Below, in pieces: positions 62,853 through 63,473 of a stretch of DNA of 63,473 bases. Position numbers and translations under genes: made by a program. The stretch comes from Bdellovibrionales bacterium. GTDB lineage: Bacteria; Bdellovibrionota_G; JALEGL01; JAGRMV01. The DNA is taken from positions 1-63,473 of the forward strand of contig JAGRAX010000002.1 in NCBI GenBank assembly GCA_020434365.1, written 5' to 3'. The notes below the pieces were generated by a model. The model was not told where the DNA came from, made no database searches, and saw nothing but the letters and a program-made list of their open reading frames with translations. The first letter of the stretch is position 1; each line of letters starts with the position of its first letter.

Positions 62853-63473
62853 TTACGCTAACAGCTGACTAAGCTCTTTACTTTCTACACCCAAAGCCTG
62901 CGCCACTGCATGGTAAGTAATATGTCCATCGTAGGTATTTACGCCCAATTGAAACCCATAATCATCCGACAAAGTTTTTTCAAAACCTTGAGATACAATT
63001 TTTCTCGCATACGCCAATGTTGCATTTGTGAGTGCGTAAGTTGAAGAATTGGCTACAGCACCAGGCATATTAGCCACGCAGTAGTGCAAAACCCCATCCA
63101 CAAAGAACGTAGGATTGTCGAAATTGGTGGCTTTGCAGGTCTCAACGCAGCCTCCTTGATCCACAGCAACATCCACAATGACCGAACCTTTTTTCATGGC
63201 AGAAACCATTTCGCGCGTCACCAATTTTGGGGCTTTGGCTCCTGGCAAAAGGACCGCACCAATGAGCAAATCCGAGGCCAAAACAGCTCTCTCAATATTG
63301 TATGAATTGGATTTTAAGGTTGTAATTTTAGACCCAAATACATCATCTAAATATTCCAAACGATCAATATCTAGATCAATCATCGTGACATCTGCGCCTA
63401 GTCCAACAGCAACTTTGCAAGCATTGGTTCCAACCACACCTCCTCCAATGATCGTGACTTTTCCACGATCAAT
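62853..63473 (-). CDS. ald: alanine dehydrogenase, partial (5' end beyond the right edge of the window)
   Basis: The frame is open to the window end: ...IDRGKVTIIGGGVVGTNACKVAVGLGADVTMIDL (GxGxxG Rossmann motif), LLIGAVLLPGAKAPKLVT, VIVDVAVDQGGC and HYCVANMPGAV. Confidence 0.85.
   Translation of the reverse strand: MDRGKVTIIGGGVVGTNACKVAVGLGADVTMIDLDIDRLEYLDDVFGSKITTLKSNSYNIERAVLASDLLIGAVLLPGAKAPKLVTREMVSAMKKGSVIVDVAVDQGGCVETCKATNFDNPTFFVDGVLHYCVANMPGAVANSSTYALTNATLAYARKIVSQGFEKTLSDDYGFQLGVNTYDGHITYHAVAQALGVESKELSQLLA

Noticed and set aside
1-63473. Search by eye for tRNA or rRNA genes, CRISPR repeats, IS elements or transposases, integrases, and phage or defence-system genes (nucleases, helicases, reverse transcriptases, large ATPases).
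   Set aside because: None recognised. There are no T-loop/acceptor-like structures in intergenic regions, no regularly spaced direct repeats, and no ORF with DDE, tyrosine-recombinase, RT or helicase motifs. Scans with tRNAscan-SE, Infernal and CRISPR or defence finders would be needed to exclude small RNAs.

Overview
This is a 63,473-bp chromosomal window from a Gram-negative bacterium, densely packed with genes. I can support 56 protein-coding genes, two of them truncated by the window edges. Many adjacent genes share 4-nt start/stop overlaps (ATGA/TTGA). By eye I recognised no rRNA, tRNA, CRISPR array, transposase, integrase or phage gene.

About two thirds of the window is housekeeping or acyl-CoA metabolism:
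- Housekeeping: gltX, xseAB, pgk-tpiA-secG, yicC-gmk, rpoZ, acpS, fabH, lysA, ogt plus an HhH-GPD glycosylase, and ald.
- Acyl-CoA metabolism: two thiolases, hbd, crotonase, three acyl-CoA dehydrogenases (one gcdH-like), acetoacetyl-CoA synthetase and a split B12 acyl-CoA mutase.

The remainder encodes surface, secreted or signalling proteins:
- three Hanks-type Ser/Thr kinases, one fused to an FGE-sulfatase domain;
- a histidine kinase with a CheY-like regulator, a GAF-GGEEF cyclase and a PilZ protein;
- an ExbB/ExbD pair and two type-IV-pilin-like proteins;
- a thrombospondin-type-3-repeat protein coupled to an OmpA-like outer-membrane protein;
- a 7-bladed FG-GAP propeller, a matrixin-like metalloprotease and a vWA lipoprotein;
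- an AglB/STT3-type oligosaccharyltransferase.

This gene content suggests a Bdellovibrionota/Myxococcota-like lineage, but that is inference only.

The best candidates for something undescribed are:
1. An orphan 1,647-aa secreted protein (37278..42221) with central hydrophobic hairpins and, at its C-terminus, an internally duplicated Cys-His-Asp (transglutaminase/papain-like) module flanking an HExxH motif.
2. A shared C-terminal Cys / transmembrane / Arg-rich sorting tail (MYXO-CTERM-like) on two unrelated secreted proteins.
3. A stand-alone AglB/STT3-type oligosaccharyltransferase next to a secreted propeller protein.
4. A B12 mutase whose substrate-specificity residues (Phe/Gln) indicate isobutyryl-CoA mutase rather than methylmalonyl-CoA mutase.

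All family assignments come from motifs I read in the supplied translations. No database search was run.
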